Shown here one piece after another: positions 10,343-18,977 of a stretch of DNA of 64,000 nt. The stretch lies in assembly GCA_016206085.1 (NCBI GenBank), contig JACQSF010000022.1:3191-67190 (forward strand), read 5' to 3'. Made by a program: the position numbers and the translations under genes. Each line of letters starts with the position of its first letter. Within the stretch, counting starts at the first letter, position 1. The stretch comes from Candidatus Uhrbacteria bacterium. GTDB taxonomy: Bacteria; Patescibacteriota; Patescibacteriia; UBA9934; GWF2-40-263. The notes below the pieces were generated by a model. That model made no database searches and was not told where the DNA came from. It was given only the letters and a program-made list of their open reading frames with translations.

Positions 10343-10696
10343 CTAGGATTCTTTTGATTGTTTAATAAGCCAGCTGGTTCCAAGCGAGATGACCCAGAGC
10401 AGGAGCGCGGCTAAGAGCGCTGGAACGAATCCTTCAACCGTAAAGCCTTTCACGATGGTGGAGACCAGAAGAATCATGAACGCATTGAGGACGAACGTGA
10501 AGAGACCGAGTGTCAGGATAGTAACCGGGAGAGTGAGGATGAAAAGAAGCGGACGGATGAGTGCATTTACAAGCCCCAAAACAAGCGCGGCGATAAGGGC
10601 TGTGTAGAACGTCTCCACGCCGAACCCTGGGACGATGTTGGCAACCAAGAGGAGTGCCACAGCATTGATCACCCACCGAAAAAGAAGATAGGCCAT
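10343..10696 (-). CDS. DUF360 / phage-holin-family-4-like small membrane protein
   Basis: 117 aa with 4 TM helices. Pattern RWVINAVALLLVANIVPGF...LVLGLVNALIRPLL. Confidence 0.65.
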   Translation of the reverse strand: MAYLLFRWVINAVALLLVANIVPGFGVETFYTALIAALVLGLVNALIRPLLFILTLPVTILTLGLFTFVLNAFMILLVSTIVKGFTVEGFVPALLAALLLWVISLGTSWLIKQSKES

Positions 10697-10699
10697 AGA

Positions 10700-10909
10700 C
10701 TATTCTGAAAATTTTTGCTTAATCTCTTCGACTTTGTTTTCGACCTCAGCTAGTTTCTTTTTGAGCTCCTGGGCGAGTTCTAGTCCGCGCTCAAATTTCT
10801 TGAGACCGACGTCGAGGTCAAGTTGCTCCTGGGAATCAAACCAACGCGTGATCTCTTCAAGTTCCTGAAAACTTTCGGTGAAATTGGTCGTCTTTTTCTT
10901 TGTGGTCAT
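10700..10909 (-). CDS. xseB: Exodeoxyribonuclease VII small subunit
   Basis: 69 aa. FQELEEITRWF...LDLDVGLKKFERGLELAQELKKKL. Adjacent to xseA. Confidence 0.85.
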   Translation of the reverse strand: MTTKKKTTNFTESFQELEEITRWFDSQEQLDLDVGLKKFERGLELAQELKKKLAEVENKVEEIKQKFSE

Positions 10910-10961
10910 AGATTCGCTTACAGGCCGGCGTGTCGTCGGCGACGAATTTTGTTCGGCAGGC

Positions 10962-12200
10962 TCACAAAATTGTCATCCGACGCCCCCGGCCAACAAACTG
11001 CACGAGTTTCTGCTGGCCTTTGTTGTTGACACGAGATACTCGCGCATCGGCGCAACCCGCGGCGAATTGTACCGTGATTTCGCCCCCCACTTCAAGGGTC
11101 GACGCATCGCGAACGACACGGCCACCAACCGTCACAAGGCTGTATCCGCGAGCAAGCACTCGCTTGGGATCGACTTGGCGTAGAACTCGAGTTGAGGACT
11201 CAAGTCCTTCCCGCAGACGTGGCAGCCAACTATTCACCAGGAGCAGAAGTCCTTCCTTGGCTCGTGATAAGCGTTCCTTCTGGCGCTCAAGGATGAAGCC
11301 AATAAGATTCGTTACGCGCTCAAGCACAAATGCGCGATCCTGGATCGTGTGACTGAGCCGCGACTCCATGTGACCGGTCAAGGTTTCAAGCTCGTAGGAA
11401 ACGTCGCTTCGAGATGGAACGATGCGCTCGGCCGCGTTTGAAGGCGTGGACGCTCGCACGTCGGCAACAAAGTCTGCTAAGGACTCATCCCGCTCATGTC
11501 CTACGGCAACGACTACGGGAATCTTCGACGCATAAATCGCGCGAGCGACTTGCTCATCGTTAAACGCATGCAAATCTTCAAGCCCCCCACCACCCCGCGT
11601 AAGCACCAGGACGTCAGGTCGATCATCAAGTCTATTGAAATACTCAAACGCGCCCACGATCTCCCCAACTGCCTCACGGCCCTGCACGTGAACATGGGCA
11701 TGCAGAATCTTCACACCTCCCCAACGATTATTCAGAATCCGTAGGAAGTCACCGTACGCGGCCGCATCACGTGAAGTGATAAGCCCGATTCGTTGCGGAA
11801 AACGTGGCAACTCTCGCTTTCGACTTACATCAAACAAACCCTCGGTCTCCAACTTTCGTTTCAATAGTTCGTACGCCCGACGTAGCGCGCCTTCCCCAAC
11901 AGGCTCAAGCGTTTCAACATTGAGTTTAAATGTTCCAAATCGTTCGTATACGTTTGGATGTCCCTTCACCTGCACACGCATCCCGTCTTCGATGGCGGTC
12001 TTCAGTTGCCAGGTCGTCATGAAACATTTGAGCACGGCCTGGGCTTGCTCGTCTTTCAAGTCAAAACTCACCCACTTCCCCTGGGCAACACGAAAATCCG
12101 AAACCTCTCCTTCTATCACCACTTGATCGGATGGAATGAGTCGTAATGTATCGTTGATGAGCTTGAGATACTCGGCAACAGAGAGGGCTGGGGAAGACAT
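10962..12200 (-). CDS. xseA: Exodeoxyribonuclease VII large subunit
   Basis: 412 aa. OB-fold N-terminus (VVIEGEVSDFRVAQGKWVSFDLKDE) and core motifs RIGLITSRDAAAYGDF and TRGGGGLEDLHAFNDE. Confidence 0.9.
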   Translation of the reverse strand: MSSPALSVAEYLKLINDTLRLIPSDQVVIEGEVSDFRVAQGKWVSFDLKDEQAQAVLKCFMTTWQLKTAIEDGMRVQVKGHPNVYERFGTFKLNVETLEPVGEGALRRAYELLKRKLETEGLFDVSRKRELPRFPQRIGLITSRDAAAYGDFLRILNNRWGGVKILHAHVHVQGREAVGEIVGAFEYFNRLDDRPDVLVLTRGGGGLEDLHAFNDEQVARAIYASKIPVVVAVGHERDESLADFVADVRASTPSNAAERIVPSRSDVSYELETLTGHMESRLSHTIQDRAFVLERVTNLIGFILERQKERLSRAKEGLLLLVNSWLPRLREGLESSTRVLRQVDPKRVLARGYSLVTVGGRVVRDASTLEVGGEITVQFAAGCADARVSRVNNKGQQKLVQFVGRGRRMTIL

Positions 12201-12208
12201 AAAACATA

Positions 12209-12310
12209 TGTGTCATTGCGAGGAGGGAGTCACTCGTCGACCGACGAAGCAATCCCTTTCGATAGGCCGGAGGAGATTGCTTCGGTCGCGTTGCTCCCTC
12301 GCAATGACAC
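12209..12310. repeat. About 100-nt imperfect palindrome of the GTCATTGCGAG...GAAGCAATCC repeat family
   Basis: TGTGTCATTGCGAGGAGGGAG...CGACGAAGCAATC faces GATTGCTTCGGTCGCGTTGCTCCCTCGCAATGACACA. Related copies lie at 40368-40397 and 56357-56389, with a variant at 23581-23650. Confidence 0.8.
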
Positions 12311-12354
12311 AAATAAATAACCACCGATCACAGATCGGCATCTCTTATTGACTA

Positions 12355-12831
12355 TTACATCGGCGGGTTAAAAAATGTCGGCTGGAAATACTGAACAAGG
12401 AGCCAGAGTGAAATACCGAGAATCAGGTGCGATACAATCGTCTCGACCCAGACATGCTTCCCCTCTTTAAGTCCAAACCATCCAAATCCCAGTGCCGGAT
12501 AGACGACGATATTGGCAACGACCCAACTCAAAATGGCATACACCAAGAGCGACAGGAATGTGTACGGTGCACGCGTCACGAACAGCCATCCTTGTTCAAC
12601 AAACACCACATAAATGAGTCCAAAGAGAAATCCAATCACAATATGCAAAAGTAATCCGATGAAAAAAACTTCGTGTTTGTGACGAATCTTAAGACCGAAA
12701 ATCGATTTTACGTCGATGAGCAATGGTGCCTCTTGCACACGCCCTTTTTCGGTAATTTCGAGTACGATCGCTGGAATCGCAAACACAAATGCGATGAGTC
12801 CCCCGAGCGCACCACCGAGTACGTAATCCAT
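12355..12831 (-). CDS. Multi-pass membrane protein, unknown function
   Basis: 158 aa with 4-5 predicted TM helices. Last gene of the 15456-12355 minus-strand operon. Confidence 0.5.
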   Translation of the reverse strand: MDYVLGGALGGLIAFVFAIPAIVLEITEKGRVQEAPLLIDVKSIFGLKIRHKHEVFFIGLLLHIVIGFLFGLIYVVFVEQGWLFVTRAPYTFLSLLVYAILSWVVANIVVYPALGFGWFGLKEGKHVWVETIVSHLILGISLWLLVQYFQPTFFNPPM

Positions 12832-12840
12832 AGATACAAG

Positions 12841-13725
12841 TTACGGGCTCAAAACGAGCACAACTTTTTTCCCTTCTGTGATTTCTCCCCCATCATTCCA
12901 ATCGTGCATCGCGTTCATGATCGTGTCAAAGTCGTAGAGGTACGCTTCGCCACGATACGTCCCAGGGTCATTGACGATGAACTGACCCTCTTCTGTATAT
13001 CCGCGAATGACAAGCATGTGGTACAACGGCCCAGGCGCCGTGAAATACGGATTACCGAGCAGTCGTCCCGCGGCCGGAACGATGACTGGATGGCCTTGAA
13101 CAAGTTTACGCTGAATGTCCTCGACCGTGGGGTTGGCAACGAGTTGATAGGTGTGCCCGTACATAAGCTCCGCTAGCACGCCCGTTTGTTCGGTCGTCGT
13201 ATCTTCGTAGAAACCAAACAGCTCCATTTCAAACTCAACAATCTGTAAGAGCGCTTCATTCGCGGTCGATGCGGGAATCTTCCCTTCATCCATCCCCGAA
13301 AAATACGCATGCACCATGTACACGCTTGCTTCCTCACAGGCCTCCTGATACGGCTCGTCCCAATTTCCGTTCGGTGCCTGTGACGTGAACGGTACCGCGA
13401 GGTTCTTCGAGGAAGGAAGGACGGATTCTTCTTCAACAACTTCCTCAATCGTTTCTTCCTCGTTTGGTTCCTCGAGAACCGCGACTTCCTCTTCCACCGT
13501 TTCTTCCTCAAGAGGTTCGTCAGGAACAATCTTCTCCTCAACCACCTCATCCACCTTTTCCACCTCTGCCACCTCTTCATATGACACCGCCTCCGGCAAT
13601 ACAGGTGCCGTCACACCGCGGTACCACTCCAATATCTCCACACGTTGTGTGTACAGCCCAGCGCCTAGAGCAATCAAGAGAATCGTAAGGGTAAACAGTT
13701 TGCGCATAGCTTTAGAGACAAACAC
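12841..13725 (-). CDS. Membrane-anchored peptidase_C39_2-like (BtrH-like) cysteine peptidase with an acidic linker
   Basis: 294 aa. TM anchor, an E/V-rich acidic repeat linker, then LAVPFTSQAPNGNWDEPYQEACEEASVYMVHAYF, typical of C39-like domains. An alternative start at 13707 (MRKLF) would remove the 14-nt overlap. Confidence 0.65.
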   Translation of the reverse strand: MFVSKAMRKLFTLTILLIALGAGLYTQRVEILEWYRGVTAPVLPEAVSYEEVAEVEKVDEVVEEKIVPDEPLEEETVEEEVAVLEEPNEEETIEEVVEEESVLPSSKNLAVPFTSQAPNGNWDEPYQEACEEASVYMVHAYFSGMDEGKIPASTANEALLQIVEFEMELFGFYEDTTTEQTGVLAELMYGHTYQLVANPTVEDIQRKLVQGHPVIVPAAGRLLGNPYFTAPGPLYHMLVIRGYTEEGQFIVNDPGTYRGEAYLYDFDTIMNAMHDWNDGGEITEGKKVVLVLSP

Positions 13726-14059
13726 CTACGTCGTCGACGAAGTCACCGCACGTATATCCTGACGGACATTGGCTGTCTTCCTGACATTCACAGTACTCGA
13801 CGCATAACTCAATACAGATGGCATCGGGATCTGTACGACACGCTGAGCCGCAGGAATTCCAGGTGCCACTAGATTCGGTACACGACGTTTCGGTTAATGG
13901 TGTGTCATCCCGACCGAAGCCGTCCGACGGCTGAGTGGAGGGATCACGTACCTCTTCGAGATCTCCCGACCCGCGCTGCTCGCTCGAGATAACAAAGACA
14001 AACATCACCACAAAAACTCCCAAAACAACGACGATAAGTGGAACCATCTTGTTTTTCAT
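13712..14059 (-). CDS. Small secreted or anchored cysteine-rich protein
   Basis: 115 aa. N-terminal hydrophobic anchor, then 10 Cys in the last ~55 aa (CTESSGTWNSCGSACRTDPDAICIELCVEYCECQEDSQCPSGYTCGDF). ATGA overlap with the upstream nuclease gene. Confidence 0.5.
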   Translation of the reverse strand: MKNKMVPLIVVVLGVFVVMFVFVISSEQRGSGDLEEVRDPSTQPSDGFGRDDTPLTETSCTESSGTWNSCGSACRTDPDAICIELCVEYCECQEDSQCPSGYTCGDFVDDVGVCL

Positions 14060-15456
14060 AGCACCGCGTGTTCACGAATCCATCTCTGGAGCTTGTGCGT
14101 TGCCCGGACGTCATCCTCATTGTACTCAAGTATCTTCTGCAAAATTTTAGGCGACTTCTTCTGGAGCCATTCTTCAAACCAGAGGACCGAGTTCGCGCCA
14201 GAGGCATCATCGGCTCGCCACTCAAAACCAATGTATCCAGCAATATCCTTGAGCGAATAAAACGAGAGAGGAAAAATGACCGTCGGACGGATGACGTTGA
14301 GAATATCGATCCTGTTACGCTCAAGCGCCTCACGAGCAATCTCCCCGATTCCATACTTGGCGCTGAATCGTCGCACCACTTCTTCTTCAAACCACCCATA
14401 GTGATAGATCGGTGCGTCAATGTGACGCTCGATGAAATGCACAAACTCACCCCACATCGCCCCTTCCTGTTCTGGTGAGCTCGCAAAAAAGGAAATATAT
14501 TCCTCCCCCTGAGCGGTGACCTTTAACACCCCAAACAAGTAATCGAAATCTCGTAATGGATCGCTCTCGATGTCAAAAAATAATTCAACATCCGCTTCGG
14601 GGAGCTCCGCGGTCCCGCGAATGATGTGGCGATACTCTTTGATCGCGATCGCTTGATCGCGCATGATCTCAAGACGATTTGAACTCACCGTCGGAACAAG
14701 ATGTTCAAGTTCGGGAACAGACTTGAGCGCAAGCTCGCTGAGCGTCTGCACTCCCGCTTCCTCAAGCGCTCGCACTTCTTCGCGCCACACGCGATTGAGA
14801 AGCGACAAATCGTCACAACTCTCTGACTCGCTCCGACACTCCTTGTACCACGGCGACTGCTTGCATCCACTCGTGACAAAGTGGGCGGGACGTTTGCCCG
14901 CGATGATCTTTTCAATCTCTGTGAGGGTAAGTTCATACTCCGCTTCAAACTCCTCAATAAGATACGGCAACACCTCGCTGTCGGGCGTCACGATATATCC
15001 CTGTACCGGTTTCACTCCCTGAATCCGCTCAAGAAGCTCGGCGTAAAAACAACCCTGAAATTTGTAATCATCGCGAATAAATCGCGACCGCTTCATGTCA
15101 GAAGCCACGTAATAATAATCGCCCAGGCGCGAACGCCCCTCAACCTTCTCAAGAATATCCGGATGTCCGACCCAGTGCGTATCGATGAGCACCCCATGGT
15201 AGATCGTCTGACGACCCTCACGCATAAACGCAAGCGTTTGATTGAATGCTTCGTCTGGATCCTCCGCCGTAACTTCAACAAGATCCTGGCGATCCGAAAG
15301 AAGTTCGCGCTCTTTTTCCTCAACCAATCCATCATCCTGAAGCCTGGCCATGAGGAGCTCATGTGGCCGAGTCTCCCCCGCATGCGCATCAAAATAGACC
15401 CAATTCGGACACTTGAGATATTGGTAAAACGTTTTCTCACTGATGGTGCCGCGCAT
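14056..15456 (-). CDS. RecB-family nuclease, TM0106-like
   Basis: 466 aa. N-terminal FYQYLKCPNWVYFD and PD-(D/E)xK-like region, plus a C-terminal RNase-H-like exonuclease-type region, as in TM0106-family proteins. Confidence 0.7.
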   Translation of the reverse strand: MRGTISEKTFYQYLKCPNWVYFDAHAGETRPHELLMARLQDDGLVEEKERELLSDRQDLVEVTAEDPDEAFNQTLAFMREGRQTIYHGVLIDTHWVGHPDILEKVEGRSRLGDYYYVASDMKRSRFIRDDYKFQGCFYAELLERIQGVKPVQGYIVTPDSEVLPYLIEEFEAEYELTLTEIEKIIAGKRPAHFVTSGCKQSPWYKECRSESESCDDLSLLNRVWREEVRALEEAGVQTLSELALKSVPELEHLVPTVSSNRLEIMRDQAIAIKEYRHIIRGTAELPEADVELFFDIESDPLRDFDYLFGVLKVTAQGEEYISFFASSPEQEGAMWGEFVHFIERHIDAPIYHYGWFEEEVVRRFSAKYGIGEIAREALERNRIDILNVIRPTVIFPLSFYSLKDIAGYIGFEWRADDASGANSVLWFEEWLQKKSPKILQKILEYNEDDVRATHKLQRWIREHAVL

Positions 15457-15520
15457 AGAATCATTATAACAGAAAGCTCATCAGATCCCTGCAAAACTCG
15501 ATGGGATTCCAGACAATTCC

Positions 15521-15549
15521 TTGACAAACTCGATTAAATCTTGTATCTA
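15521..15549 (+). promoter_or_regulatory. Promoter of GC-rich cassette 1
   Basis: TTGACA (15521-15526), 17 nt, TATCTA (15544-15549). A 9-nt direct repeat AAACTCGAT (15494-15502 and 15526-15534) brackets the -35 box. Confidence 0.45.
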
Positions 15550-15566
15550 TACAGCAATTCACACGT

Positions 15567-17177
15567 ATGACGTCGTGTGAGTTTCAAACCGGAATCTGCC
15601 GGATTGATCTTCCTGAACGTCATCTGGAGTCACTCGTGTCTGCTGCTCTTCAAATGGCCTCTGATCTCAGGGTTCTTCCTCGTCTACTGGGCGAAGTGAT
15701 CGCCGTACCGGAGAGAAGCTTCGGCTTCATCGGTCGAGCCACCACACTCATCGGAGCTCCGTTCGACACCAGCGGCGATGTGTTCATCCACCAGGATGAA
15801 TGTGCCGTGCCGCTCGCAGTCGGGCTCGCGGTCGAGTTCACGCTCATCAACGACCCGAGACGTGAGGGCAGGTTCCGCGCCCTGAACGGTTGTTCCGTAG
15901 CGTCCCTGCCCGTGCTCGCGGAAGAGGTGGCGCAGCTTCCTACCCTCGCTTCCCGTCAGCCCTACCATGTCCGCGCCAAGGTCGTGGAGGCCGTGGAGGT
16001 ACGCAAGGCGTTCGCCAACGCACCCTTCGGGGGCGTCATCGGGACACAAGTCGGAGAAACCGTCGAGATCGAAAACGACACGGAACTCTCCGCGTTCGTC
16101 CAGACGTACCTGGAGGAGGTGTTTCCTGGCCTGCAGGGTCAGGGAGTGTCGTTCACCTTGGGGACGAACAGGAGCGAAGAAGCAGCTCGCATCACCAGCA
16201 GGAACCAACGCCTAAGGGGGTTGTCCATGATCGCGCAGGCCAACACCCTGCAGGTCGAGTACGATCGTTTCCTGGTGACAATGGACGCACTGCTTACGCT
16301 GCGAGACGCGGGCTACCTGGTTCCCGGTGTCAGGATGTCCACCAAAATCCTGAACATGCTCGTGGGAAACCCCGAGAGGCTTCGTTCGCGCCGGAGCTCC
16401 GCCGCCGACACCGCCGCGTTCCAGAGGGCGAACAGCGAGTTCGCGACGACGATCCGGTTCCTCAAGGAGCATGAGCTCCTCGCGCCAGGAACGGCCATCC
16501 CAATCGAGCACACGGCTGACCTCTTCATGGCCGCACCAGTCTGGTACGTCAGATCTCACGTGGATCAGCCCAATACTTGGGATGACAGTGATCCCAGACC
16601 TGATCAGGCGGTGCGGGACTTTGCCGGGCTGTTTGGGACGCAGGAATGGGCGCATCTCTTCCAGATGTTCAACCGGCGCACGCGTCCGTTCTCCCGCTAC
16701 GAAGGCGACATGATCCCGGATCACATCGTCACGATCATCGAGCGTGTCGGAACCTTCTTCGACTACCTGGTCATCGCCACTCCCTACCACGACGTGGCGG
16801 GACGCGAGTGGGAGGATCCGGCATGGCGCACCCTGATCGATCCCTACTTGGTGGGGTTTAAGAAAGGCGTGCCGTACCTGTTCTTCTTGGGACGTTGGAG
16901 CGACACGGGCGTCTTCCCCCTGGTGGGAGAGATGATTGCCGACACCATCGGCTACCTGAAGGTCAACAAGGCAAAGCTCGCCGGTTTCGGCAGTCTGCCC
17001 TTCTGGCACTTCAGCGACCCTTCCCACCCGGATCGACAGGGACACAGTAACAGCTTCAAAGACGCCGGCAGCAGGCTGCAGACGTTCGTCGATGAGCTGA
17101 TCAGGCACTTCGAAGCGGGAACACTGTTCCCCTTCCTGCGTGGCTCCTCCGACCGCGCACTCACCGTTATCAAGTAG
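15567..17177 (+). CDS. GC-rich orphan protein (cassette 1) with an N-terminal cold-shock/OB-like segment
   Basis: 536 aa. G/C dominates third codon positions after about codon 40. Residues ~50-115 resemble a CSD (SFGFIGRA...SGDVFIHQDE...AVEFTL...RFRALN). The rest is unrecognised. Shadow ORFs occur in other frames. Confidence 0.65.
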   Translation: MTSCEFQTGICRIDLPERHLESLVSAALQMASDLRVLPRLLGEVIAVPERSFGFIGRATTLIGAPFDTSGDVFIHQDECAVPLAVGLAVEFTLINDPRREGRFRALNGCSVASLPVLAEEVAQLPTLASRQPYHVRAKVVEAVEVRKAFANAPFGGVIGTQVGETVEIENDTELSAFVQTYLEEVFPGLQGQGVSFTLGTNRSEEAARITSRNQRLRGLSMIAQANTLQVEYDRFLVTMDALLTLRDAGYLVPGVRMSTKILNMLVGNPERLRSRRSSAADTAAFQRANSEFATTIRFLKEHELLAPGTAIPIEHTADLFMAAPVWYVRSHVDQPNTWDDSDPRPDQAVRDFAGLFGTQEWAHLFQMFNRRTRPFSRYEGDMIPDHIVTIIERVGTFFDYLVIATPYHDVAGREWEDPAWRTLIDPYLVGFKKGVPYLFFLGRWSDTGVFPLVGEMIADTIGYLKVNKAKLAGFGSLPFWHFSDPSHPDRQGHSNSFKDAGSRLQTFVDELIRHFEAGTLFPFLRGSSDRALTVIK

Positions 17178-17187
17178 CACCTTGCGA

Positions 17188-17210
17188 CCCCATCCATGCG
17201 ATGGGGTTTT
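17188..17210 (+). terminator. Intrinsic terminator of cassette 1
   Basis: CCCCATC-CATGC-GATGGGG followed by TTTT, 11 nt after the stop. Confidence 0.7.
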
Positions 17211-17235
17211 ATCATTGAGACCTCTGCAAAAGTCT

Positions 17236-18372
17236 TTATTGTAAGAAATACTCCGCCCTCTCGTACACGTTGCGTGCGTTCCATAAAATCCAACCAGAGG
17301 CACCGGCATCGCGGGCAGCTTGGATTTGTGCCTCAATATAATCACTGGTGTACACGGCCCCGATATCGAAATCCTGGAGCCACGGACGAAATCGCGCGGC
17401 AAGCTCTTCATCACTGCCCGCAAAAAATCCATGTGTGAGTCGCAACCCTTCGTCCAACGACATCTTCACGATCTCGTACGGAGCCAGTGCAGGATTTGCG
17501 TAGCCTTTAAACCCATCGACATAATGCGAGGGATAGACCATCGGCGACACCCAATCTGCGTACGGCAACACATCAATCAGACGTTGACCGATGTTGTAGT
17601 CATGAAGGGACCAGAAGGTCATGCCAAAGACATCAAACGATACCGGAATGCCCTCCTTGCGCATCGCTCCGCCGACGCGCTCGAAGAATCGTTGCATGGC
17701 CTCAATTTTAGATTCGCTCGTGTGATACACGGGATAGATGATGGAACTGATCGCGCCGTCGGACGCGAACCGGACGTAATCGTACTGGATCTCGTCAAAG
17801 CCGACTTCGTAGAATCGACGGCCTACATCGATGGCATAGTCAGCCACTTCTGGCGCAGCTGGATCCAGCCAAGCAGCTCCGGTTGCGTCCCGCCAAAGTC
17901 CCATATCCCGACCTGACCCCAATGCAAGGTCGGGGTGCGAGAGCGCAAATGCGGAGTCGCGCATGACGGCAATGCGCGCAATGCGATACACACCCGCGTC
18001 ATACAACTTCGCGAGAACGTCTTCGAATTTCATCGGCTCGAGTAACGCTCCATTGTCCATCTTTACGTCGATCACGGCTGTGTTGAGCCCAGACTCGAGC
18101 ATGTATGCAAGGAGCTCGTCAGCGCGCGAGCTCGTGGCTGTCACCGCTGTCCAATAAAGGCCACGAACTTCGTCGGGGAGAGGAACGTGGGAGACGGCAA
18201 CTAGACCCCTCCCAACCTCCCCTTGTAAAAGGGAGGAGAACTCGAGTTCATCCCCCCTTTCCAAGGGGGGACTGAGGGGGGTCGAGGCCAGCCATCCGAC
18301 CGCAAACGGCACCGCAAGCACGCAAATCAAAAACGCCGGGACGAGAAATTCGACCTGACGTTTTGTGAACAT
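17236..18372 (-). CDS. Putative glycoside hydrolase, DUF4015/GHL10-type TIM barrel, membrane anchored
   Basis: 378 aa. Motifs VRGLYWTA, LNTAVIDVKMDNG, YRIARIAVMRD, WLDPAAPEVADYAIDV and GFDEIQYDYVRF. Confidence 0.7.
   Translation of the reverse strand: MFTKRQVEFLVPAFLICVLAVPFAVGWLASTPLSPPLERGDELEFSSLLQGEVGRGLVAVSHVPLPDEVRGLYWTAVTATSSRADELLAYMLESGLNTAVIDVKMDNGALLEPMKFEDVLAKLYDAGVYRIARIAVMRDSAFALSHPDLALGSGRDMGLWRDATGAAWLDPAAPEVADYAIDVGRRFYEVGFDEIQYDYVRFASDGAISSIIYPVYHTSESKIEAMQRFFERVGGAMRKEGIPVSFDVFGMTFWSLHDYNIGQRLIDVLPYADWVSPMVYPSHYVDGFKGYANPALAPYEIVKMSLDEGLRLTHGFFAGSDEELAARFRPWLQDFDIGAVYTSDYIEAQIQAARDAGASGWILWNARNVYERAEYFLQ
18201..18286. repeat. Head-to-head pair of diverged copies of the 49-bp CCCCTCC-hairpin repeat, inside the hydrolase ORF
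   Basis: CTAGACCCCTCCCAACCTCCCCTTGTAAAAGGGAGGAGAACTCGAG is joined to CTCGAGTTCATCCCCCCTTTCCAAGGGGGGACTGAGGGGGGTCGAG. It reads in-frame as SPPLERGDELEFSSLLQGEVGRGLV, just after the TM anchor. Confidence 0.65.
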
Positions 18373-18374
18373 AT

Positions 18375-18977
18375 TTATTGGGCTTGATTCTCAACCGTCA
18401 CGGTGGTCATCACATCCCCTACCACAATCGCATCTACCACGTCCATCCCCTCAAGCACTCGTCCAAAAATGGTATAGGCTTTTGGCAATGGGGTGTCACC
18501 TAGCATGATAAAAAACTGACTGCCGTTTGTATTTGGTCCACGATTTGCCATCGCGACAATTCCCCGCTCGTACGTGTAATCGTCGTCGAGCTCGTCAGGG
18601 AACTCATAGCCGGGTCCACCCGACCCGTTCCCACTTGGATCACCGCCCTGGATGACAAACCCTTCTTCGCGACGATGAAAGGTCAGTCCATTGTAGTAAT
18701 TCCCTTCCGTCAGATACACAAAGTTTGAAACGGTTTGAGGGGCGGTATCCGCGAAGAGTTCAAATACGATGTCGCCTTTTTCTGTCGAGAGGCGAATCTG
18801 CTTGTCGGTAATCTGCTCGCTTGCAAGCACGCCAGGGAATGTCCATGTCGCCATAGAAGCTTCTTCTTGTTGGTCAGGGTAGGTAAAGGTAAGGGAAGAT
18901 TCCTCCTGTGCGGCCGGCGCGCACCCAGCCCCCACAAGCACCAGAGCGCCCAGAGAAATGAGACTAAGCTGTTTCAT
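18375..18977 (-). CDS. Cyclophilin-type peptidyl-prolyl cis-trans isomerase (lipoprotein-like N-terminus)
   Basis: 200 aa. Motifs FHRREEGFVIQGGDP, GYEFPDE and MANRGPNTNGSQFFI. Signal/lipobox-like LVGAGC. Confidence 0.9.
   Translation of the reverse strand: MKQLSLISLGALVLVGAGCAPAAQEESSLTFTYPDQQEEASMATWTFPGVLASEQITDKQIRLSTEKGDIVFELFADTAPQTVSNFVYLTEGNYYNGLTFHRREEGFVIQGGDPSGNGSGGPGYEFPDELDDDYTYERGIVAMANRGPNTNGSQFFIMLGDTPLPKAYTIFGRVLEGMDVVDAIVVGDVMTTVTVENQAQ

Noticed and set aside
15684-17432. Long antisense or alternate-frame ORFs over cassette 1 (for example 16212-17432 on -, 406 aa; 15890-16474 on +, 194 aa)
   Set aside because: Same high-GC shadow-ORF artefact. The 16212-17432 ORF also runs through the cassette terminator into the neighbouring gene.
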